A stretch of DNA of 32,000 bases, taken from NCBI RefSeq assembly GCF_000284455.1, contig NC_017039.1, forward strand, positions 360,001 to 392,000, read 5' to 3'. Below are positions 18,991 through 26,176 of the stretch, piece after piece. The position numbers and the translations under genes were made by a program. The notes under the pieces were generated by a model, which was given only the letters and a program-made list of their open reading frames with translations, had not been told where the DNA came from and did no database searches. Within the stretch, counting starts at the first letter, position 1; every line of letters begins with the position of its first letter. Source of the stretch: Synechocystis sp. PCC 6803 substr. PCC-P. GTDB taxonomy: Bacteria > Cyanobacteriota > Cyanobacteriia > Cyanobacteriales > Microcystaceae.

Positions 18991-19941
18991 TATAGTCACT
19001 TCAATTAACGATGAGAGAATTTAATGTAAAATTATGGGGTGTACAAAATGAACAGGTTTAAACAATGGCTTACAGTTTAGATTTAAGGCAAAGGGTAGTA
19101 GCTTATATAGAAGCTGGAGGAAAAATAACTGAGGCTTCCAAGATATATAAAATAGGAAAAGCCTCGATATACAGATGGTTAAATAGAGTAGATTTAAGCC
19201 CAACAAAAGTAGAGCGTCGCCATAGGAAATTAGACTGGGAAGCTCTAAAAAAAGACGTAGAAGAAAATCCCGATGCAAGATTGATAGACAGAGCCAAGAA
19301 ATTTGGAGTGAGGCCGAGTGCCGTATATTACGCATTAAAGAAAATGAAAATAAACAGAAAAAAAAAAGAACTACGTTATCGAGAAAGAAACCGGGAGGAA
19401 CGAGTTAAGTACTATAGAATGTTAAGAGAACTAATCAAGCTCTATGGTAGTCAAGCTATAGTTTACATAGATGAATCTGGATTCGAAGCAATCCAGGCTT
19501 GTATTTATGCCTGGTCAAAAAAAGGAAAAAAAGTTTATGGAGATAGACAAGGAAAAAGGGGAGTCAGAGAAAATCTAGTAGCAGGGAGAAGAAAAGGAAA
19601 AAAAGATTTGATTGCACCGATGGTTTTTACTGGGAGTTTGAATGCAGAAGGCTTTGAAGGATGGTTAAAATTATATTTACTACCCTCCCTCGACATTCCA
19701 TCAATATTAATAATGGATAATGCTCCTATTCATCGTAAAACTGCCATTAAAGAATTGGCTAAAGAAGCAGGTCATGAAGTTCTTTTTTTGCCGAAATATT
19801 CTCCTGATTTAAATGATATTGAGCATGACTTTAGTGCCTTGAAACGAGCTAGAATGTACGCTCCTATTGACACGTCTCTTGATGAAATTATCCGTTCTTA
19901 CTGTGGCGTTTAGCGTCTCAGCCTTATTTGAAACTACTATA
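18991..19941 (+). mobile_element. IS630/Tc1-mariner family insertion sequence (ISY100-like), 947 bp plus flanking TA dinucleotides
   Basis: Imperfect terminal inverted repeats (TAGTCACTTCAATTAACGATGAGA left, TAGTAGTTTCAAATAAGGCTGAGA right reverse complement; 18/24 match), TA at 18991-18992 and 19940-19941, intact transposase between. Confidence 0.92.
19065..19913 (+). CDS. IS630-family DDE transposase
   Basis: HTH N-terminus (GGKITEASKIYKIGKASIYRWLNR) and DDE motifs VYIDESGFE, LIMDNAPIHR, LPKYSPDLNDIEHDFSALKR. Confidence 0.95.
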   Translation: MAYSLDLRQRVVAYIEAGGKITEASKIYKIGKASIYRWLNRVDLSPTKVERRHRKLDWEALKKDVEENPDARLIDRAKKFGVRPSAVYYALKKMKINRKKKELRYRERNREERVKYYRMLRELIKLYGSQAIVYIDESGFEAIQACIYAWSKKGKKVYGDRQGKRGVRENLVAGRRKGKKDLIAPMVFTGSLNAEGFEGWLKLYLLPSLDIPSILIMDNAPIHRKTAIKELAKEAGHEVLFLPKYSPDLNDIEHDFSALKRARMYAPIDTSLDEIIRSYCGV

Positions 19942-20029
19942 TGTGTCTAAATCAGGTTCATATTCAGAAAATATCAATCTAATTTTTAAGAATATATAGG
20001 ACTAAAGAATTAAAATTTAAATAAAAACT

Positions 20030-21175
20030 ATGCCTAGAAACCTCAAAGTTCACCTTTGGTTGCCTAATATTTTCCAGTTTAAAGGAGGAATTCAAGTTTA
20101 TTGTGCTTTTTTGATCGAAGCTTTACAGGAAGTCTATCCAAATGCCTTCTATGATGTCTTTTTAAAACATGATACCCATTACACGCCTAATGTAAGAGTT
20201 TTGCCTGAAACTAAATTTCATTATGGAGGAAATATTCCTCTAAAATTGAGAACTTTTTATTTTGCTCTCTTATTATTTATCAGTAGCTTCCAAAAAAGAC
20301 CAGATTTAATTATTTGCGGCCATGCTAATTTCACTCCTGTAGCTCATTTGGTTCAACGATTAATGGGTATTTCTTACTGGACAGTGGCCCATGGAGTAGA
20401 TGCCTGGAACCTCCAAAATCCGCATATCATTCAAGCTTTGCGCCATGCTGACCGAATTCTGGCCGTTAGTCACTACACCCGCGATCGCCTCCTCCAGGAA
20501 CAAGCTCTTGATCCAGAGAAAGTTGTTGTTCTTCCTAATACCTTTGATACTTCACGCTTTCAAATTGCCCCGAAACCCCAATCTTTACTCGAAAAATATA
20601 ATCTCACCCCAGATCAGCAGGTTATTTTGACCATTGCCAGATTAGCTGGGGAAGAACGTTATAAAGGCTATGACCAAATTATCCGTGCTTTACCAGAGAT
20701 TATTAAAACTATTCCCAATATCCATTACCTAATCGGCGGTAAAGGAGGCGATCGCCCTAGAATCGAAAAACTAATTCAAGATCTAGACTTAGAAGATTAC
20801 GTTACCCTAGCAGGATTCATCCCCGACGAAGAACTAGCCGATCACTATAACCTCTGTGATGTTTTCGCCATGCCTAGTAAAGGGGAAGGTTTTGGTATTG
20901 TGTATCTAGAAGCCATGGCCTGCGGAAAACCCACCATTGGTGGTAATCAAGATGGGGCGATCGATGCTCTATGCAATGGCGAACTGGGAGTGTTAGTGAA
21001 TCCCGATGATCTGGACGAAATTAGCACAGTAATTACCCAAATCCTAGAAAAGACCTATCCCTTACCAATTCTCTATCAACCAGAAACTCTCCGGCAAAAA
21101 GTGATTGAAATTTATGGATTTGAGCAGTTTAAACAAAATTTAGCTCAACTTTTATCTGCTCAATTCAACCAGTAA
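20030..21175 (+). CDS. GT4-family glycosyltransferase
   Basis: FKGGIQVYCAFLIEAL, LTIARLAGEERYKGYDQIIRAL, VFAMPSKGEGFGIVYLEAMACGKPTIGGNQDGA. Confidence 0.93.
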   Translation: MPRNLKVHLWLPNIFQFKGGIQVYCAFLIEALQEVYPNAFYDVFLKHDTHYTPNVRVLPETKFHYGGNIPLKLRTFYFALLLFISSFQKRPDLIICGHANFTPVAHLVQRLMGISYWTVAHGVDAWNLQNPHIIQALRHADRILAVSHYTRDRLLQEQALDPEKVVVLPNTFDTSRFQIAPKPQSLLEKYNLTPDQQVILTIARLAGEERYKGYDQIIRALPEIIKTIPNIHYLIGGKGGDRPRIEKLIQDLDLEDYVTLAGFIPDEELADHYNLCDVFAMPSKGEGFGIVYLEAMACGKPTIGGNQDGAIDALCNGELGVLVNPDDLDEISTVITQILEKTYPLPILYQPETLRQKVIEIYGFEQFKQNLAQLLSAQFNQ

Positions 21176-21176
21176 T

Positions 21177-22337
21177 ATGAGAATTTCACACATAATTGCA
21201 GACTTGGCCCCTGAAGCAGGGGGGCCATCCATAACTGTTACCAATTTGACTGATGCCCTTTCCCACCAGAACTTCACCGAAGTTACTCTTTTGAGCCAAT
21301 GCTTAACAGATAGCTCAGTTGTTGCTCCTGCTCCAAACTCTAAAGTTAATCGAATCATTGTAAACAGCTCTCACAGAATTGCCCTATCCCTAGGATTGCC
21401 ATTAAATAACCTACTCCGCTCCCGTTTAAGCTCTTACCCGTCCGACATTATCCATGGCCATGGCCTGTGGCATCCGATTAGCTATTGGAGGAGTCAAACT
21501 GCCAAGCAATATAACATTCCCCTAGTTATCCATCCTAGAGGCATGCTCGAACCCTGGGCCCTCAACTACCGTAAATTCAAAAAACGGATTGCCCTATGGC
21601 TCTATCAAAATCGTGATCTACAACGGGCTCAAATACTGTTTGCCACAGCCAACCAGGAAGCCCAGAGTCTTCGTCATTTTGGTCTGCGTCAGCCTATAGC
21701 TATTACTCCCAACGGCATTCTTTTCCCCACGCTAGAATCTCAAGCATCTCCTCCGGAATCATCACGCCACCGAACAGCTCTATTCCTCAGTCGCATTCAT
21801 CCCAAAAAGGGATTAATGAACCTAATCCAAGCCTGGCATCAAGTTTCCCCCCCAGACTGGCAACTACTCATTGCTGGCCCCAACGAAAATAATCACCGTG
21901 CTGAAGTTCAAGCCCAAATCAAACAACACCAATTAGAGCAAACGATCAAAATCCTTGACTCTGTGGAGGGAGAAGCCAAAGCCAACCTTTACCGTCAGGC
22001 TGATCTGTTTATTCTGCCCACCTTTAGTGAAAACTTTGGCGTCGTAGTTGCCGAAGCCCTTTCCTATGGCATTCCCGTCATCACCACCACTGGGACTCCC
22101 TGGCAAGATCTCCAAACTTACCGTTGTGGTTGGTGGGTAGAACCGACAGTTGCGACTATTGCCGATGCTCTCCAGCAAGCAACAATTCTACATCCCCAGG
22201 AATTACGAACTATGGGGGAAAGAGGTAGAGCATACGTCAAATGCTACGACTGGAATGCCATCGCCCAGGACACCCTTGCCGTTTACCGCTGGATTCTGAA
22301 TCAGGGACCAAAACCTGACTGCGTTATCTTGGACTAG
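21177..22337 (+). CDS. GT4-family glycosyltransferase
   Basis: DLAPEAGGPSITVTNLTDAL, ALFLSRIHPKKGLMNLIQAWHQV, FILPTFSENFGVVVAEALSYGIPVITTTGTPW. Confidence 0.93.
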   Translation: MRISHIIADLAPEAGGPSITVTNLTDALSHQNFTEVTLLSQCLTDSSVVAPAPNSKVNRIIVNSSHRIALSLGLPLNNLLRSRLSSYPSDIIHGHGLWHPISYWRSQTAKQYNIPLVIHPRGMLEPWALNYRKFKKRIALWLYQNRDLQRAQILFATANQEAQSLRHFGLRQPIAITPNGILFPTLESQASPPESSRHRTALFLSRIHPKKGLMNLIQAWHQVSPPDWQLLIAGPNENNHRAEVQAQIKQHQLEQTIKILDSVEGEAKANLYRQADLFILPTFSENFGVVVAEALSYGIPVITTTGTPWQDLQTYRCGWWVEPTVATIADALQQATILHPQELRTMGERGRAYVKCYDWNAIAQDTLAVYRWILNQGPKPDCVILD

Positions 22338-22341
22338 AGCC

Positions 22342-22394
22342 ATGGCAAGTTTTCTAGCTTTACTGCCCCGCTCCCTGACGACGTTTCCCTTATG
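22342..22394 (+). repeat. 5' remnant of the MASFLALLPRS gene family (copy 1, left part)
   Basis: atggcaagttttctagctttactgccccgctccctgacgacgtttcccttatg is near-identical to the first ~53 nt of the intact copies at 23300 and 24980. Confidence 0.88.
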
Positions 22395-22646
22395 AAAAAA
22401 GTAACCATGACAGTCACTCCCAAGCAAATTTATAACTATACTGTTCTTCTAGAAAAAGAGCTTGATGGCGGTTATCACGCCTTTTGCCCAATGCTCAAAG
22501 GATGCCATTCCCAAGGAGACACCTTTGAAGAAGCCATACAAAACATTACAGAGGCTATTGAACTATACATTGAAAGCTTGATAGCCGAACATCAGCCCGT
22601 TCCTAAGGAAGATTTAATTGTCAAACCATTGAGTATTTTGGTGTGA
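22392..22646 (+). CDS. hicB: HicB-family antitoxin
   Basis: YTVLLEKELDGGYHAFCPMLKGCHSQGDTFEEAIQNITEAIELYIESL is the classic HicB fold sequence. Confidence 0.88.
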   Translation: MKKVTMTVTPKQIYNYTVLLEKELDGGYHAFCPMLKGCHSQGDTFEEAIQNITEAIELYIESLIAEHQPVPKEDLIVKPLSILV

Positions 22647-22873
22647 GCAATCTTCCAAGCGTCCAAGCCAAAGATTTTATTCGAGTAATCAAAAAGCTCG
22701 GATTTTTTCTGGAGCGCCAGAAAGGGAGCCATGCCATTTATAAAAATACCCAGGGTAATCGAGTTGTGGTTCCCATCCATCCCGGAAAAGATTTAAAGCA
22801 GGGGACACTGATGGGCATGATTAAAGATATTGGACTTGAAAAAGAAAAATTTTTTGACTTACTACAAAAATAG
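22643..22873 (+). CDS. hicA: HicA-family mRNA interferase toxin (GTG start)
   Basis: VQAKDFIRVIKKLGFFLERQKGSHAIYKN...VVVPIHPGKDLKQGTLMGMIKDIGL; 4-nt overlap with hicB. Confidence 0.9.
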   Translation: MSNLPSVQAKDFIRVIKKLGFFLERQKGSHAIYKNTQGNRVVVPIHPGKDLKQGTLMGMIKDIGLEKEKFFDLLQK

Positions 22874-22896
22874 TAATTTGTGTGATCGCTCATTTG

Positions 22897-22926
22897 CTTA
22901 GCTTCCTCCAGGAGTACGGTGAATAA
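22897..22926 (+). repeat. 3' remnant of the MASFLALLPRS gene family (copy 1, right part)
   Basis: Reads LSFLQEYGE*, identical in protein to the C-terminus of the copies ending at 23794 and 25390. Confidence 0.85.
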
Positions 22927-22936
22927 ATAGGCGATC

Positions 22937-23266
22937 AACGTCAACGACGTGGCCCAGGCCCACGTTCTCGGATTAACTTACCTTTTGCAGGGGGGAGCTA
23001 CCAACATCTTTAACCTCGGTAATGGCAATGGCTTCTCTGTGCGGGAAATGATTGCAACAGCCCAGTTAGTCACCAATCGCCCCATTCCCGTGCTACAAGG
23101 CGATCGCCGTCCGGGAGACCCCCCGATTTTAGTGGGCAGCAGTGAAAAAGCTCGGCAAATCCTCGGTTGGCAACCCCAATATCCCCTGGCAAAAGATATT
23201 CTGACCCATGCCTGGGCTTGGCACCAACAACGCCATGGCGATAATTCCCCATGCACACAACCGTAG
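22937..23266 (+). pseudogene. C-terminal remnant of a second UDP-glucose 4-epimerase gene
   Basis: VNDVAQAHVLGLTYLLQGGATNIFNLGNGNGFSVREMI...GDRRPGDPPILVGSSEKARQILGWQPQY aligns to the GalE C-terminal third; no N-terminal Rossmann part is upstream. Confidence 0.88.
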
Positions 23267-23299
23267 CAATGGCGATCGCCAGTTAGCTAAACTGTAACC

Positions 23300-23794
23300 A
23301 TGGCAAGTTTTCTGGCTTTACTGCCCCGTTCATTGACCACTTTCCTTTATGCCGTTGCGGCCCTACTGAGGTTTTATGGCAACATCGACACCACCCCCAT
23401 CCCCCGAATCCCCCTCACCATCTTTGGATGGAGCTTCCTGGCGTTCACGTTGGGCACAGCGGCTCTCCTGGTTAATCTCGGCCTTGAGTGGAACACTGGA
23501 AATCGAAGCCGAAACCGAGAGATTGAAACAAGAGAACGCGAAACTCGACGAGATAATCTTGCAGACGAAGAAAGAAACCGAGCGTCTGAGGAAAGAGAAA
23601 AAGCCGATCGAGAAAGAGATCGAGCAGATCAAGAAAGAAACCGAGCAGATCAGGAAAGAAAACGAGCGGCTAGCCGTGCTCGAATCCAAAATCGAGGATT
23701 TGTTCTCCAAACACGGTATCAACTTGCCCCTAGCCCAGAAGCCAGAGCAACCCTAATCGATTTCCTTAGCTTTCTCCAGGAATACGGCGAATAA
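23300..23794 (+). CDS. MASFLALLPRS-family small protein, copy 2: hydrophobic N-terminus plus charged Glu/Arg repeat region
   Basis: 164-aa ORF paralogous to 24980-25390; hydrophobic segments followed by EREKADRERDRADQERNRADQERKR. Confidence 0.65.
   Translation: MASFLALLPRSLTTFLYAVAALLRFYGNIDTTPIPRIPLTIFGWSFLAFTLGTAALLVNLGLEWNTGNRSRNREIETRERETRRDNLADEERNRASEEREKADRERDRADQERNRADQERKRAASRARIQNRGFVLQTRYQLAPSPEARATLIDFLSFLQEYGE
23376..23756 (+). other. Alternative +1-frame ORF inside copy 2, predicted coiled coil
   Basis: 126-aa ORF (MATSTPPPS...WRSRWAQRLSWLISALSGTLEIEAE...NERLAVLESKIEDLFSKHGINLPLAQ) conserved at the same relative offset (+76) in copy 4. Confidence 0.4.
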
Positions 23795-23816
23795 ACGGCG
23801 AGCTTGATAATCTTGA

Positions 23817-24053
23817 ATGAAATTTACCCAATATTTTTTAGCTACCAGACAAAGACCAGATCGGTTAATTATTCACTTGGAGTGGATAGAATACACTATG
23901 AACAATCCTCTCAAGGAAGAAATTCAAACAGACGGTAGAATCAAATTATGGGCTTCCATCCCGGAAATGGAAGGTAGATATCTGCGTGTAGTTTTATTGT
24001 CAGATCGAGAAACTGTCCATAATGCATTTTTTGACCGCTCCTTCAAACCATGA
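23817..24053 (+). CDS. DUF4258-like small protein (possible toxin-like partner)
   Basis: FLATRQRPDRLIIHLEWIEYTMNNPLKEEIQTDGRIKLWASIPEMEGRYLRVVLLSDRETVHNAFFDRSFKP; overlaps next ORF by ATGA. Confidence 0.65.
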   Translation: MKFTQYFLATRQRPDRLIIHLEWIEYTMNNPLKEEIQTDGRIKLWASIPEMEGRYLRVVLLSDRETVHNAFFDRSFKP

Positions 24054-24247
24054 AGATTAAGTACTTTACTGATACAGATACCCTTTATATTGAATTTCAG
24101 TCTGCCAATATTGTCGAAACCAGGGATTTGGACGATAACACTTTAATTGACATTGACATGCACGGAAATGTCTGTGCCATAACCATTGAACACGCTCAAC
24201 AAAGAACCAATATTCCTAACATCTCGTTCGAGCAGATTGTGGCATAG
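24050..24247 (+). CDS. DUF2283-like small protein (possible antitoxin-like partner)
   Basis: MKIKYFTDTDTLYIEFQSANIVETRDLDDNTLIDIDMHGNVCAITIEHAQQR. Confidence 0.75.
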   Translation: MKIKYFTDTDTLYIEFQSANIVETRDLDDNTLIDIDMHGNVCAITIEHAQQRTNIPNISFEQIVA

Positions 24248-24276
24248 GGCGATCGCCGGTTAGCTAAACTAAGACT

Positions 24277-24336
24277 ATGGCAAGTTTTCTGGCCCTACTG
24301 CCCCGGTCCTTGACCACTTTCCTTTATAGCGAATAA
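24277..24336 (+). repeat. Internally deleted remnant of the MASFLALLPRS family (copy 3)
   Basis: atggcaagttttctggccctactgccccggtccttgaccactttcctttatagcgaataa reads MASFLALLPRSLTTFLYSE*, i.e. the family N-terminus joined to a Y-x-E-stop resembling the family C-terminus (EYGE*). Confidence 0.8.
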
Positions 24337-24342
24337 TTCCCC

Positions 24343-24975
24343 ATGACCCTCACCGTTGCCATTCCCCGCATTGAGATCGCCCCTGGTAGTCATTTAACTA
24401 TCCCCAATGTATCCTGGGTAGACTTTATCTCTTTGCTAAAAGAACTCGGAGAAAAACGTCATTCCCGACTCGCTTACTATCAAGGCCGACTGGAAATCAT
24501 GGCTCCCCTGGCCCTACATGAAAAACCAAATCGTCTGATTACCGATATCGTCAAAGCTATTTTGGAATGCCAAGAGCGCGACTGGGAAGACTTTGGCTCC
24601 ACCACCCTTAAACAGCCTCCCTTCGCTGGCATAGAACCAGATAGCTGTTTTTACATCCAAAATGCATCCCAGATGCGGGAATACAAAAACCTTGATCTGA
24701 ATCAATCTCCCCCCCCAGATTTAGCAATTGAATGCAATTTAAGCTCCAAAACCGTCATCGATGCGTACCAAGCCATTGGCGTTCCTGAAGTGTGGATTTA
24801 TAGCAACAATCAACTACAAATTTACCTTTATTCAGAACAAGGTTATTTAGAAAGCAACCAAAGTCAAGTTTTTCCAGATTTGGCCGTAATGTCAATGATT
24901 CCCCAACTAATTCAAAAAGCTTACCAAGTTGGCACAAGGCAAATGTTGGGTGAGTTGAAGGCACAGCTAAAATGA
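24343..24975 (+). CDS. Uma2-family putative restriction endonuclease-like protein (PD-(D/E)XK fold)
   Basis: YYQGRLEIMAPLALHEKPNRLITDIVKAILE, GIEPDSCFYIQNA, PDLAIECNLSSKT, GVPEVWIYS. Confidence 0.88.
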   Translation: MTLTVAIPRIEIAPGSHLTIPNVSWVDFISLLKELGEKRHSRLAYYQGRLEIMAPLALHEKPNRLITDIVKAILECQERDWEDFGSTTLKQPPFAGIEPDSCFYIQNASQMREYKNLDLNQSPPPDLAIECNLSSKTVIDAYQAIGVPEVWIYSNNQLQIYLYSEQGYLESNQSQVFPDLAVMSMIPQLIQKAYQVGTRQMLGELKAQLK

Positions 24976-24979
24976 ACCT

Positions 24980-25390
24980 ATGGCAAGTTTTCTAGCCTTA
25001 CTGCCCCGCTCCCTGACCACTTTCCTTTATGCTGTGGCGGCCCTACTGAGATTTTATGGCAACATCGACACCACCCCCTTCCAACTCATCCCCCTCACCA
25101 TCCTCGACTGGAGTTTCCTGGCGTTCACGTTGGGCACAGCGGCTCTCCTGGTTAATCTCGGCCTTGAGTGGAACTCTGGAAATCGAAGCCGAAACCGAGC
25201 AGATCAGGAAAGAGACAGAACAGATCAAGAAAGAGACCGAGCAGATCAGGAAAGACAACGAGCGGCTCGCCGTGCTCGAATCCAAAATCGATTCTTCCTT
25301 CGACCAACACGGTATCAACTTACCCCTAGCCCAGACACCAGAGCAGCCCTAATCGATTTCCTCAGTTTCCTCCAGGAATACGGGGAATAA
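24980..25390 (+). CDS. MASFLALLPRS-family small protein, copy 4
   Basis: 136-aa ORF near-identical to 23300-23794 at both ends but 28 aa shorter in the charged repeat region. Confidence 0.65.
   Translation: MASFLALLPRSLTTFLYAVAALLRFYGNIDTTPFQLIPLTILDWSFLAFTLGTAALLVNLGLEWNSGNRSRNRADQERDRTDQERDRADQERQRAARRARIQNRFFLRPTRYQLTPSPDTRAALIDFLSFLQEYGE
25056..25352 (+). other. Alternative +1-frame ORF inside copy 4, predicted coiled coil
   Basis: 98-aa ORF (WRSRWAQRLSWLISALSGTLEIEAETEQIRKETEQIKKETEQIRKDNERLAVLESKIDSSFDQHGINLPLAQ) matching the ORF at 23376. Confidence 0.4.
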
Positions 25391-25466
25391 ATAGGCGATC
25401 GCCCAACCCTTTCCCAACATACTCATTGTTAAGATTGACTAGTCCCCCGTTGCCTGTGAAATAACC

Positions 25467-26012
25467 ATGGTTACCCTGCTGAAATGGACAGTTCCAGACT
25501 ATCACCACCTCATTGAACAGGGGCTATTGGACGGTAAGAAAGTGGAACTTTTAGACGGAGACCTAGTGACCATGGCTCCCGAAGGACCACTCCATAGCTA
25601 CACCACCACCACCGTTGCCGACTATCTGCGCCAAAACCTGCACGGATTAGCTCTAGTGAGGGAAGCCCATCCCATTACCCTGAGTCAATCTGAACCGGAA
25701 CCTGACATTGCCATTGTTCTAGCTCCCCAGGAGCGCTACAAAGAAAGGCATCCTCAGGCCGACGATATTTTTTGGTTAATTGAAATAGCTAACAGTACCC
25801 AAGCCTACGACCTCAACGACAAAAAACAAATCTACGCTCAAGAAGGCATCCCCGAATATTGGGTGGCAGACCTAAGCAAACGCCAATTATTTATTTTTCG
25901 AGCACCAGACAAAGAAGATTATCGCCTGCAACAAACCCACTCCGAAGGTATCATCCGTAGCCAAGCCTTTCCCGAAATAAAAATATCAGTACAAGAAATG
26001 TTCCATTGGTAG
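25467..26012 (+). CDS. Uma2-family putative restriction endonuclease-like protein
   Basis: HLIEQGLLDGKKVELLDGDLVTMAPEGPLHSYTTTTVADYLR, EPEPDIAIVLAP, FWLIEIANSTQAYDLNDKKQIYAQEGIPEYWVADL. Confidence 0.92.
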   Translation: MVTLLKWTVPDYHHLIEQGLLDGKKVELLDGDLVTMAPEGPLHSYTTTTVADYLRQNLHGLALVREAHPITLSQSEPEPDIAIVLAPQERYKERHPQADDIFWLIEIANSTQAYDLNDKKQIYAQEGIPEYWVADLSKRQLFIFRAPDKEDYRLQQTHSEGIIRSQAFPEIKISVQEMFHW

Positions 26013-26040
26013 CTCTCCGACCATTGGCCAAACTGAAACC

Positions 26041-26060
26041 ATGGCAAGTTTTCTGGCCGT
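26041..26060 (+). repeat. 5' remnant of the MASFLALLPRS family (copy 5)
   Basis: atggcaagttttctggccgt matches the 5' end of the other copies and is preceded by ctgaaacc (compare ctgtaacc upstream of copy 2). Confidence 0.75.
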
Positions 26061-26176
26061 ATTCTTGCTCCTTTGTTTTTGGTAACCAACTGAGCGACCG
26101 CAGCATTCTCCCAAATTCTAAATAAATTCCGTTGTTTTTGCTGTCGAACCAGTTAATTTTGGCGTAAATTATTACC

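Noticed and set aside
22978-23258. Minus-strand ORFs 22978-23256 and 23070-23258
   Set aside because: They are antisense to the galE remnant, where the plus strand has clear homology.
23363-23722. Minus-strand 119-aa Ser/Phe/Leu-rich ORF inside the repeat-family gene
   Set aside because: It is the complement of the GAA/AGA-rich repeat tract. Low-complexity composition alone explains the open frame, and its paralog at 25043-25318 differs in the same trivial way.
23500-25320. Possible CRISPR-like direct repeats in the Glu/Arg tract
   Set aside because: The repeat units are short, contiguous and in coding register with no unique spacers, so this is a coding minisatellite rather than a CRISPR array.
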